Assembly (NCBI GenBank): GCA_051362555.1
Contig: CM120642.1
Coordinates: 8,742,001 to 8,806,000, forward strand
DNA from: Lingula anatina
Lineage: Eukaryota > Animalia > Brachiopoda
Direction: 5' to 3'
DNA: 64,000 nt
The notes beneath the pieces were generated by a model. The model was given only the letters and a program-made list of their open reading frames with translations. It had not been told where the DNA came from and made no database searches. Shown piece after piece: positions 13,101 to 22,500 of this stretch. Every line of letters begins with the position of its first letter. Positions within the stretch are counted from its first letter, which is position 1. A program made the position numbers and the translations under genes.

Positions 13101-15971
13101 AAGATAAGGAAGTAGCCAATGAAGTTCACCTTTAGATTCTTGAACATATTTCATTAGATGCGAATAAACTTTGCCGTCACCAGCTACCACCAGATAGTCC
13201 AGATCTTTCCCCACTTTTAAAGAAATATACAAATGATCTAAAACACTACGGACAGTTTCAAATTTATCTATATTTTCATCTAACAGCCCAAGATAAACGA
13301 TTTTTGAAACCTCTGTCTGTTGGGGGTACTTGGTTGCAAAATAACAACGCAAAGGAAATGGGGGAGTATCTGCATTTTTAACTGAATGGGCATAATTACT
13401 AAAAACAAGCTGAAATAAATCATTCCAACAGAGGTCAGCACTTTGATTTTCCAAAGCTGATGTGTCAACAAATTTTGTTTCTTTCAGGTGAGATGATGAC
13501 TGAGAATTCAACTTTTCTTTAGGAATTTGTTTGTTACTTTCATTTTTAAAAGAAATTGGTTTTGGCTGTACAATTTGTAGACTGGTACCATCTAAACCCC
13601 TTCCCCCTACATCAGACACCCTAACCTGTGCATGACACTCTCTGAAATTTAAATTATCAACTGAAGCAACTGTAAACGAATTTGAACTTAAATCACTAAT
13701 AGGACTAATAAAAACATTTTCTAAAATAATTTTCTGAAATTTATCAAATGAATCTGCAGATAAAATTTTTCCAAAAGAATTTAACACCTTAAAGCAATCA
13801 GAAGAGGAATGAGAATATTTGTCAACAAAATCGGTACAAATTAATTGAATGGGGTGCCAGCACCTCCCACCAGACAAGGTAAATAAAAGAGAAGAAATGA
13901 TATTTGAACACTGAAGTAAACGGGTTTTGTTTTTTTGGTTACTTATATCAAAATTGCCATAAAAAGTTTTGTACCAATCAAAGTTATGTGTCATTTCCTT
14001 CTTAAGGTCAATAAATTCATTATTAGTAACACATAAAAAACTTATAACATTCCAAACAAACGGGTCAGTAAACTCAAAATTAAATTTGACAGGATCAAAA
14101 GAAGCTATATTGAGAGCAGATTGATTTTTTTCTATTTCTTTGGCCATTGATAATAATTTGGTTCGGATTTGATGTAAAACACAAATTAAAGTATTTGAAT
14201 CAATATTGTTATTACTCCCAGTATAATTTTTTTTCTCATTTTTGGGTATTTTTTCTCTAATATCTTGTTGTCTTTTTAAGTGTTCAGTGTTCTTTTGATA
14301 TGTTAATTTGGTGTTCAACATTTTTAAAATAATTTTATATGGATCAGAGTTGTCGTCCATTATCAAGGTCCCCCAAGATGCATTTTCTTTAAAGGTTTTC
14401 AATACAATTTTATCCCCATAATGTTTTTTAATCATGTCTTTTAACCAATCTTTTGAATTAAAGAAACCATCATAATCTGCAACAAATTCCCTAATATAAT
14501 GGACATAGGCATTATAAATCTCTTTCAAAGTGGTTGCGTTTCCTTCTTTAAGTATGTTATCAAGGTAGTCAATTGTTTTGGAAAAACAAATTTCATTAAT
14601 AGCATCTGGACTAATCTTCTTCTTTATTTGAAAAAAACATGTGAAACAAAATGGTGAAGATTCACTTATATTACAATTAAGGTGACGACTGGCTAGCTCC
14701 TGATCTTGTTGTTGAAGAAAATACTCAATCCTACTATTCTTTTTATTGCAAACCAAACAAACTTTCTTTTTAAATCTGTCCAAATTAAAAAAGTGTTTTC
14801 TACATAAATAGATTGTGTCAGGCAGATTAACTGCAGATGCTATACCAAAACAAGGGAGCACATCCTCAAAATCAAAAGAACAATTTCCCTGCTGATATGC
14901 TCTAAGATCTAAGTTTTCACAATCAAACCCTAAATTTTTGACAAAACAAGATGGCCTTAGCTTTTTAGAAGGTAAATGATCTGTATCTGTATCTTCAGGC
15001 CTCCCCCCTCCCAACAGCCCCCCATGCAATTCTAAGTTTGGAAAATCAACAATATCAATTTCATCAAAATCATTACAAACCCTCCCATGAAAAACAAAAT
15101 CTTTAAAACCAAAAAAACCAAATTCTGAAAGAAGTTGTTTTTTGACATCAGAAATCAAAACCCTTCTATGTTTAAAGCAAAGTACAAAAACTTTTTCAAA
15201 ACATAATACATTTAAATAAAACATCTCTTTATGTGTTTGTTCTCCATCATTATCTCCATTTGTAGGTGTACTTTTTGGAGGGTTATTTCCTTTGTTTATG
15301 GCCATCTCACAGTATGCCTTATCTTTTTTGCAATCAGTTTTTTCAGACATCTTTCTAACAAATGTATTTGGTTTCTTAGTTCTCCTCCTTTTCTTCTCTC
15401 TCTTCTTCTCTTTCAGTTTCACCAAAATTGCATCACGCATTTCATCAAATTTAATAAAATTTTCCCCCTTAAATCTCTCACCTTCACATTCATTCAACAT
15501 GTTTTCATCCACATCATCTACAACCTTCACATATTTCACATTCTCTCTCCTCTTCAATACCTTTTCTTCTCTTTCATAACTTTTTAAATCATCCTCCCCA
15601 TCATCCAACCATCCATCCTCCACTGTCAAACAACTAAATCGATTTTGTAGTTGAATTAGAGGAAAACTAGCATTCTGTGCTTTCTTCTTACCACTGGACT
15701 TGGGCTTTGTTTTTAATCTTTTACAGGCAAGTTTTCCTGAGTGAGAGGTCTGTGTTTCATGTTTTTTAGCAGAAGTGAATTTTCTTTTTGGTTTTTTTGG
15801 TAGTGGGCTTGTACATTTTTTATGAGTAGGTAATGACACGTGACGAGGGCGAGACTTTCTGATGGGCAAACTTAAAAATGACAATGTGCCTGAAGATTTT
15901 GGCAATGAAGGCCATTCTTCTTCAGTATCTATGAAAATGAAATCCCCATCAGAAATAAAGATGGAAGACAT
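10197..15971 (-). CDS. Academ transposase: basic N-terminus, ubiquitin-like domain, Zn finger, RNase H-like DDE core, XPG/FEN1-like nuclease, Cys8/CXC finger
   Basis: Uninterrupted 1924-aa ORF. Candidate DDE motifs VASVDNLNF, VVAGDGKVY, LGEFHTLKNY, RTGDWHLR, FDEAHEMCINRD. XPG/PIN-like motifs LIFDAM, HIVFD, KSIERQKR, HQEGDTLV, SIDTDI and H3TH LSGSDFTSFVKGFGK. C-terminal CSCKKSNCVKTQCKCYQNSFFCGPSCLCINC has 8 Cys. Confidence 0.88.
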   Translation of the reverse strand: MSSIFISDGDFIFIDTEEEWPSLPKSSGTLSFLSLPIRKSRPRHVSLPTHKKCTSPLPKKPKRKFTSAKKHETQTSHSGKLACKRLKTKPKSSGKKKAQNASFPLIQLQNRFSCLTVEDGWLDDGEDDLKSYEREEKVLKRRENVKYVKVVDDVDENMLNECEGERFKGENFIKFDEMRDAILVKLKEKKREKKRRRTKKPNTFVRKMSEKTDCKKDKAYCEMAINKGNNPPKSTPTNGDNDGEQTHKEMFYLNVLCFEKVFVLCFKHRRVLISDVKKQLLSEFGFFGFKDFVFHGRVCNDFDEIDIVDFPNLELHGGLLGGGRPEDTDTDHLPSKKLRPSCFVKNLGFDCENLDLRAYQQGNCSFDFEDVLPCFGIASAVNLPDTIYLCRKHFFNLDRFKKKVCLVCNKKNSRIEYFLQQQDQELASRHLNCNISESSPFCFTCFFQIKKKISPDAINEICFSKTIDYLDNILKEGNATTLKEIYNAYVHYIREFVADYDGFFNSKDWLKDMIKKHYGDKIVLKTFKENASWGTLIMDDNSDPYKIILKMLNTKLTYQKNTEHLKRQQDIREKIPKNEKKNYTGSNNNIDSNTLICVLHQIRTKLLSMAKEIEKNQSALNIASFDPVKFNFEFTDPFVWNVISFLCVTNNEFIDLKKEMTHNFDWYKTFYGNFDISNQKNKTRLLQCSNIISSLLFTLSGGRCWHPIQLICTDFVDKYSHSSSDCFKVLNSFGKILSADSFDKFQKIILENVFISPISDLSSNSFTVASVDNLNFRECHAQVRVSDVGGRGLDGTSLQIVQPKPISFKNESNKQIPKEKLNSQSSSHLKETKFVDTSALENQSADLCWNDLFQLVFSNYAHSVKNADTPPFPLRCYFATKYPQQTEVSKIVYLGLLDENIDKFETVRSVLDHLYISLKVGKDLDYLVVAGDGKVYSHLMKYVQESKGELHWLLPYLGEFHTLKNYQHVLLKIYYDAGLKELINLFHYGATGKAVAEAKNFDKTHMFLLQIWEAFFRIEIELYFKWKCGDVDWSNEDIIVKLADMMDKILLERNGEMYNLNCNFLDDIKETQREFSEFTKELSQKNKTWSFWLNFVHRDCFLYIALYLSVRTGDWHLRSFCLKKMSPLFHAFDAQNYMKLIPQHLFDLHARFPKSVVSNFAEGGFVINLLGHPFSSLAFDEAHEMCINRDMKASLKSLTNSSISSSLSYLPFRSHCFNNIFSFLYPSRLNPPHKDQSLGHRRAVEDNIVAFINLLKTSKFYVNTDIKNLSLCHLFSNVIASDIQSVDLLNFYEKGEKFLEDFIQCFILNTPQNAKIPLRKNKLNTFTVKPASGTAKKKEVSDLKSVNNLLQKQIQFYEKYGTFPESLSKSCVKVPLAFCSYDGTPNKGDKSKALDFLEKHYPPSFSTSSPDQKECLIFDAMVLINKIKPAPHHSKFLHYSKFLFDRYVLSNFQKHSYREVHIVFDCQEEILNPKSIERQKRDHGETLGPLPHVDDTTSLPSDWHKFLRNRHNKKLLVSYLSECLLKLGLLHLSENHHFTICGSFHDSLNSKSIINGKICLNLNNNHQEGDTLVWHQALLSSCTHILIYSIDTDIPFIGLPFIPQYPHKTVHVHIHDKMHDQLFLDMSSLYHSLTHDFSLQLFNVHNIGVILQSLYVLSGSDFTSFVKGFGKISCFNTFYNHADFIKADIGSADDNGFLSFCRFLGCLYAKSCSSSYPEGPKNLFTSLLHEHSDLDNIEIHRKFLSHIRSTTSKRISSLDHQLPSFDSIHFHWLRSLYVVKVWTQANSTHIEYPSLSNFGWTVGESSISPIWESDYNLHKFEETSRFLTSGCSCKKSNCVKTQCKCYQNSFFCGPSCLCINCKNPHNESIKKGLKEESLSVVNQDSEICDNYNENNLDITVKNELNVDEIDGLSSFWSLELELLN

Positions 15972-17730
15972 GACTAATAACGGAAAAAAAGTGAATGGAA
16001 CTGAAAGAAGTTAAATAACTGATTGATCTAGAAGCTGTGATAAAATATACTGAGTACTTGGAAAATGTTACTGCTATATGATATATCACAACTTTACTTC
16101 AATAAAATAAGCTGGAGAAGAAGATGAATGAAACTAGCTCAGATGCGAGTAAAAAAAAATATACAAAAAGGAATTGGCAAAGTGAAAGTGAGAAATAGAT
16201 GTGTAGCAGGGTGGAATTTGAGAAGGGTTTTGGGACGAATGGTAACAATAATTTTTTGTAAGTTGGATATGACAGTGACACTAAAAAAACTTGACTGAAA
16301 ATTACTGACAATGAAGAAGGAATGAATAAAACACTAATTAAAAAATACAGGCTAGCCAGATGTGTTAAAAATAATTAAATTCAATAGCTGTCTTTAAGTA
16401 AAAAAAGTTAAGATCAAAAATGCAAAATTAAAATAGGAAAAAAAACGATTTATACTATTTCAACTAAGACTCAAAAGTCAGTGCAAATAACTACCAAGCC
16501 CAAAGAAAGTAAATGTGTGTATTTTAAAGCACTAGATAGTACTCACACCAACAATATTTTCAAAATAAAATTCTGACTCCTCAAAAGTTCCGACAAAACA
16601 TGGCGCCTATCTGTGTCAACAACTGTTGCTAGGAAAATTGCTACTTTATATCAAACTTGAAAAACCTGCAACCGACCAAACTATACTTGTGTAGCACCGT
16701 GTAGTTGGTTATGCCAAACATGTATTTGTATATCTATATCAATGACGTGGTATTTGAACTCACCTGAAATGTAAGACAAGTCCATGATATATCATCCAAA
16801 GATTTTATCTAATTCCACACTTTGCAGAAATGAAAACGTAGTCTACTGGAAATGTTGTTCGCCATGGGCATAGGAGCGGTCACGTAAGTGCCATATCCAG
16901 AGAGAGCGATGCCTCAACTAGCAGGAGTGGTTTAATTTCACCTTTTGAAATCTCAGTCATTCCATGCAGAGCAGTCTGTTCCTGGTGTTTATAATAAAAT
17001 TAAGTACGAGTACCATAAAGTAAACCAACCAATCCAGCACGATGAAAGAGCTCCTGCTCCTTCCTCCCTCAGGCCCAACACGATCAACATAAAACAGGGA
17101 TTCATACATCGACCTCATTTTAATGTAGACTAAAATATAACATTTTCTTAAAATCTAAACTTGAAATTAAATAATTACTATACATTATCAATAGTTTTTA
17201 AAACAATTTTGAATTTTACCGAGAAAAACGCTCTCGAATCACTTGCTCAGTGCAACGTGACAGTCCAAGTTTCGACTGACCGACATACTTCGCACTAAAA
17301 TAGAGATTTTACAAAAATGAAAGGTCTCACAAAAAAAAGATTCTTCATGGCGTAATTTGACCATATGTTGTTTCACAAATCATCAAAATGTCAAAAAGTT
17401 AGGTTTGTCCATTTTTTCTGCATTTATTTCATTTTAGGGTACAAAATTTCAAGGTCAGCTTGGGAAAAACGTGTGTGCTATTTTTTTACAGCTGATACAA
17501 CATTTTCGTCCGAATTGAAATGTTCATTTTACATTGTGCGTTTACATCAAGTTCTAAAATTTATTCTTTGAAAGTTTCAATGAGAATAATGGGTTATTTA
17601 CAGAGTTTCATGGATTTTCATAACAGCTACGGATTTTGGAAAATATGGCGCGAAACACACGTCGCGGACTATTTTGTGCAAGCGCGTAGGATTTTTTGTA
17701 ATAATCACCGCTTACGCATTGATATGCCAG

Positions 17731-17746
17731 ATCTCCGGACAGACTG
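17731..17746 (-). repeat. Right terminal inverted repeat of the Academ element
   Basis: ATCTCCGGACAGACTG followed by TAT. Confidence 0.92.
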
Positions 17747-19520
17747 TATGTCGTCTGCATGAAATCAGCAGTGCTTTTAACCAGCCGTTGGACAGTTCCA
17801 TGGCATGAAAACATGCTAAGTAATGAAGTTTAAATGAGATTCAGGGTGCAGAAAAATAAGGACGCCTGGCTCGTCATTCCTTGACATTTTGGCGGGGCCC
17901 ATTTTGGCAGGGCATGCTGTTACCCTTCTCATCCGCGGATCCCCCTTCAAATAATCCTGGATCCGCCCCTGATATGTAGGCTATATGGTCCTATAGGCCT
18001 ATGTGACCAACATCTTGTGACTAAATGGTAAATACCGATAGGCCTACCCAGGTAGTGGAAACTTATAAAAATAGAAACAAAAATGTAGGGCATTTCCATA
18101 GGAGATAATTAATATCCACATAGCCTACATACATGTAGGCTATAGGCCTATATGTGTAGGCCTATGCATGTAAAAGGGTTAAACAAAATGATTTCTTTGT
18201 CACACCCAGGTTATTGTTCAGTTTTACAACGGTAGGCAGCTTATATGCCTCATATATTCGTTGTATTTTTACTTTTTTTTTCAATTTACAGGCCTAACAG
18301 GGGTTCCTTGTAAAATCATTAGGCCTAAACATCCCCCCCCTCCCCCGTATGCGTTCCTGTTAGGCCCTACATGTTTCCCAGTAGGATGGTCCTATATTTG
18401 TCCTGTTTGTTGCACTTTGTGTGATATTTTAAATTCCAAATTAAGATTTAGACCTAGGCCTACTTCATGTTATTGAGTCGTTTAATGAGCAAAATGTCCA
18501 AATCATAGGCCTAATATTCAGTTTATAGGCCTATTCTTAAAACAGCATGACAGGGAATAGGCCTATTCAGTATCTGCATTCCAATAAAATGTACATATAT
18601 ACCTGTAGAAATATGATTTCTAAACAAAACGACAAAATTTGAAGAGGCATGTTTTAACGTTGCCGAAAAGAGCTCTAACTGTTCAGTTCTAATATAAATA
18701 TAATCTGATTTTCTTATATTTCAGACCAGTGTCCCCGGGGGATATCAGTAACAACAGTGGCCTCAACTTGACTTGCAGAGTGGGAGAAGGGGCACGGGGT
18801 AACCTGCATGAGTTCTGATATTTTGTGGTTATCATAATACTTAATAGGTCTATTTTCTATCATTTGGTGGTTATCAAGATAAATGTAATTTGCTAGATCC
18901 TAATTTTGAAGAAAAAACAAAGAAAAGAACACAGGAGAGTAGAACAAGAAAACCTGTAATGGATAACTTAAGAAAAAGAAAAAAAAAGAATAAAATGTAA
19001 TTTCAAATAGTATGTAAGACACTTATTTTTATTCAAGATGCTGTACTTATTCTGTACTCTATATTTGATAGGCTGTTGTTGTTACATAACATTATTTAAT
19101 GATCTCCATCTTTTTTTTTTTTTTTTTTCGTGCCCTGAAAGATAAGATTTAGTTGACATGTACTTAAAATCATGCAATTAGTTATCTGGGCTTGGGTCTG
19201 CCAACCCTTCCACTAAAAATAAATCGCCTGCAATTTTTACACCCATTGTTGACACGACGAGTCGGTCCTCTACAATGCACATCTATATACAAACTAAAGT
19301 GGCAGATTCGGTGCTAAATTGTACCGCCTATTCATTGATTGTCACTTAGTCTAGGTGTTCTTGCCTAGTTCACAAGCCAAGCTGTAGTATCTGCTGCAAC
19401 CGCCCTGTTAAACTTCAACAGATTGTTTGATTTGTCCAACCTTTAACTCAGTAATATTATATGCGTCGACTTGGCGTTGATATTTTAACTTCAGTGGAAG
19501 GTGTCCTTATATGATATATG

Positions 19521-22500
19521 CTATAATTTTGTAAATTTATTTATCATCATTAAATTCTTCATTGATGGATGTGAAATGTCTTTAAACGTTGGAGGCAACA
19601 GAACTTGATTTATGGAATGGATAACTCCGTTTGAGACACTCGTGTCAGGCCAAACCACATAGCTGTTTCCGTTCAACTTGATCATTCCTGAAAAAAGAAA
19701 AAGATATGTCGTAGGATGTTGATCACATCTCAACTTACTGTAATTCTATTATTTAATCACAGAATTGTCAATCTTTATCACAATAATGGTAATAGAGAAG
19801 AGGAGGCCTGTGTGTCTGAGATCGAGAGCCATGATCTAAACCACGTTCAAGGGACAAAAAACGAAATACTGGCAAGTAGGCCTATCTACAAAACGAAAAA
19901 CATGTTAACCTGCTCCACATTGTCTAAGTAGGTTGGGTCGCAGCGAAGAAAAGGTCTGACAAAGTTCTAGAAAGAGAGAGAGGGGAAATTTACCATCAGC
20001 TTGCACATCAACTTTGACTGATTTCCCGTTGACCGTTCTGACGTCACCACTCTTCAGCCCTGCGCTGTAAAAGGTGCCCTTGACCACGTGGTATGTCAGA
20101 ACCTGCGTCAGTGCTGTGACGTTGTGCAGCAGATGATCCAACATACCAGGGGGCAGTGCGTTGAATGCGACATCTGTGGGCGCGAAAATCGTGAAAGGCC
20201 CGGAACCTTAATTTAAAAAAAATGTACATATATGAATGAGCCAATATAAAAATACGCATTTTAGAAGTATTATTTGAAAAGAATAGTGTTTGTAAACATG
20301 ATCTGAGAGCTCATATAGATGATGAGAAATCGGTAATGATATAATCTGAATATTCAACTTTTTTATGAAAAGTAAATTGAACTAGTTTGAAGAAACAAAA
20401 AGTCCCCTTCACACGATCCGGACTTCTTTCATTAGCAAGAATTTAAAAACCATGAAGATGTTAAATAAATCATAACGCCTAAAAGCCTATCCAACTTCAA
20501 GAAGAGGTTAGAAAGCCATTTTGCATGGCATCTCTCCTCTTAAGTTTACTTTTCATATTTTTATACGGAAAAAATTAAAAGCAGCCATAAGATTTACAGA
20601 AGAAATCGGAAAATAAAATTTAAAAAAAACTTACTGCTACAGTGATCAAAACGTTTCAACAGAAGCCTTACCAGACAGTGTATTAACTAGCCCGGCTTGT
20701 TGCAAGGCTAGTTTCAGAGTCTTGAAATTGTTAAAACTAGCCACCAATTCCGCGGCGTTCATCGTAGGGATTGAGGTCATTACGCAGTCCAGCACGTGAA
20801 TGACGCCGTTTGTGGCGTTCTGGTCAGCCTTGGATACTGGGCAGCCAGAGGCGGTTATTTTCTGAAGGAGTTCAGGGGGAAATTTTTAAAAATCTAAAAG
20901 GCATTCATTCAGTGTATTTTTATTTTCAAAAAGCAAGTTAGGTAATGTATTTAAATAAGTCTGTGATGGATTACAAAGGTGTACTGTTTCTATGTGTCGA
21001 CTATGAAATCTCTAAAGAAAAATATTAAAATTGGATTCATTGGTCATCCGCAGGAGGTTTTCACTGCCGGCAGAGACCAATGGTAACGTTGTAGAACTTC
21101 TTTAAAGTCAAAGAATATTAAATGCGAGATTTCTGATATATAATTTTTTTCGAAGAACATATCTGCATGAAACCTACGTAATCATGAGTAACCCCCCCTT
21201 CCTAAAATAAAAATGTGCGAAATCCGGTTTGATCCATAGAGGTACTTTAGAAAGAGAGAGGGGGGGGGGGAGGTTATCAACTGGGTGGCCTATACCTCTC
21301 CATATATGTTCACTCTCACACCGGCTCCCTGCATTGACTTGACAACCAGATCGTTCTTTACTTGACTGGAGTACACGTCTTCAGCAATCACATGGTATTC
21401 CAGCACCTCTTTAAGAGCTGTCACATTGGACAATAAGTGCATCACTATCTCTGGCTTAAGTTTTTTAAAAGCTGCGTCACTTGGACCAAACACTGTGAAG
21501 GGACCTATAAAAGGAAGGGCAAGGTTGTATTAGGGTGAGATATTGTATGGTCCTTTTGTGAGACACCCTGAGATTCTGGGTTTGGGACCTCACCTCTATA
21601 TAGACACCACTTCCCCTAAAATGGTCTACAAAATGAAAGTAATTCTGTAACAGACTACCAGACCCAGAGGTCAGAAAGTAATTCCGAAGTTGTGACGGCT
21701 TTTCACAAGAAAAGCTTTATTAAATATTGCTCTTAAACTTGGAACAATTGCCACCAAGACCACTCTTGATAAAGGTTTTTCATAAAAAAACTAAAGAGTA
21801 TCTCTAAAGTAAAGAAAAGGTTGAAACATGTTCAACTGGTACAAGAAAAAAAATCAGAAGACTTGCTTTGTAAAAGTTGGGTCCGACATCGACTTACCTT
21901 TGCCATATCGTAACGCAGAGCCCAGACCAGCGGTCTGAACTAGTTGTACTAAAGTGTGAGCGCCTAAATTGTCTGCCAGGTCTAAGATATTGAATCTCGG
22001 CGACTCTGCAGTGTTCGTTTCTTCTATTAAGCAAAAAAAAAAAGAATAAATGGAGGGGGACATTGAATATTAACGATAAAAGCAAAATAAAACTTAAAGT
22101 CAGTTTAGAATAATTCTTCATTTACTTAGTTTTCATTTTTAATAATTATAGGCCTATGAAAGATTCGATACATATTTTAAATAAAAAGTAATGTTGATCA
22201 CTTATACATAAGAATTCCCTAATTATTAAAAAAAAGCACTGTGCAGTAGAAATGAAGTCCGCGATTTATAAGTGTGTGTGTGTGTGCATGTATGTATGTG
22301 TGAAGTCAAAATGCAAATGGGCCGCTCTCACCGAACCTACCTATTTCATCAATAGATGATTCTGCTGGCACCAAGAGGTCTTCCCACATCGTTGGGGGTA
22401 TAAGCACCGAATCTATGACATGGACAACGCCGTTGGTGGTGGATAAATCTGCCATCACCACTCGAGCACTGTTTATTAGGACACCAGCTGTAAAAGAAAA

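Larger units (their letters stand above)
7646..17746 (-). mobile_element. Full-length Academ (AcademX-type) DNA transposon, 10,101 bp
   Basis: Perfect 16-bp TIRs CAGTCTGTCCGGAGAT (7646-7661) and ATCTCCGGACAGACTG (17731-17746); CA...TG termini; 3-bp TSD TAT at 7643-7645 and 17747-17749; encloses one intact ORF with the transposase + XPG + Cys8 architecture that defines Academ. Confidence 0.9.

Noticed and set aside
10197-15971. Host tesmin/CXC gene or endogenous virus gene as the explanation for the giant ORF
   Set aside because: Flanking TIRs, TSD and the DDE + XPG + Cys8 layout fit Academ better; no capsid or polymerase genes nearby.
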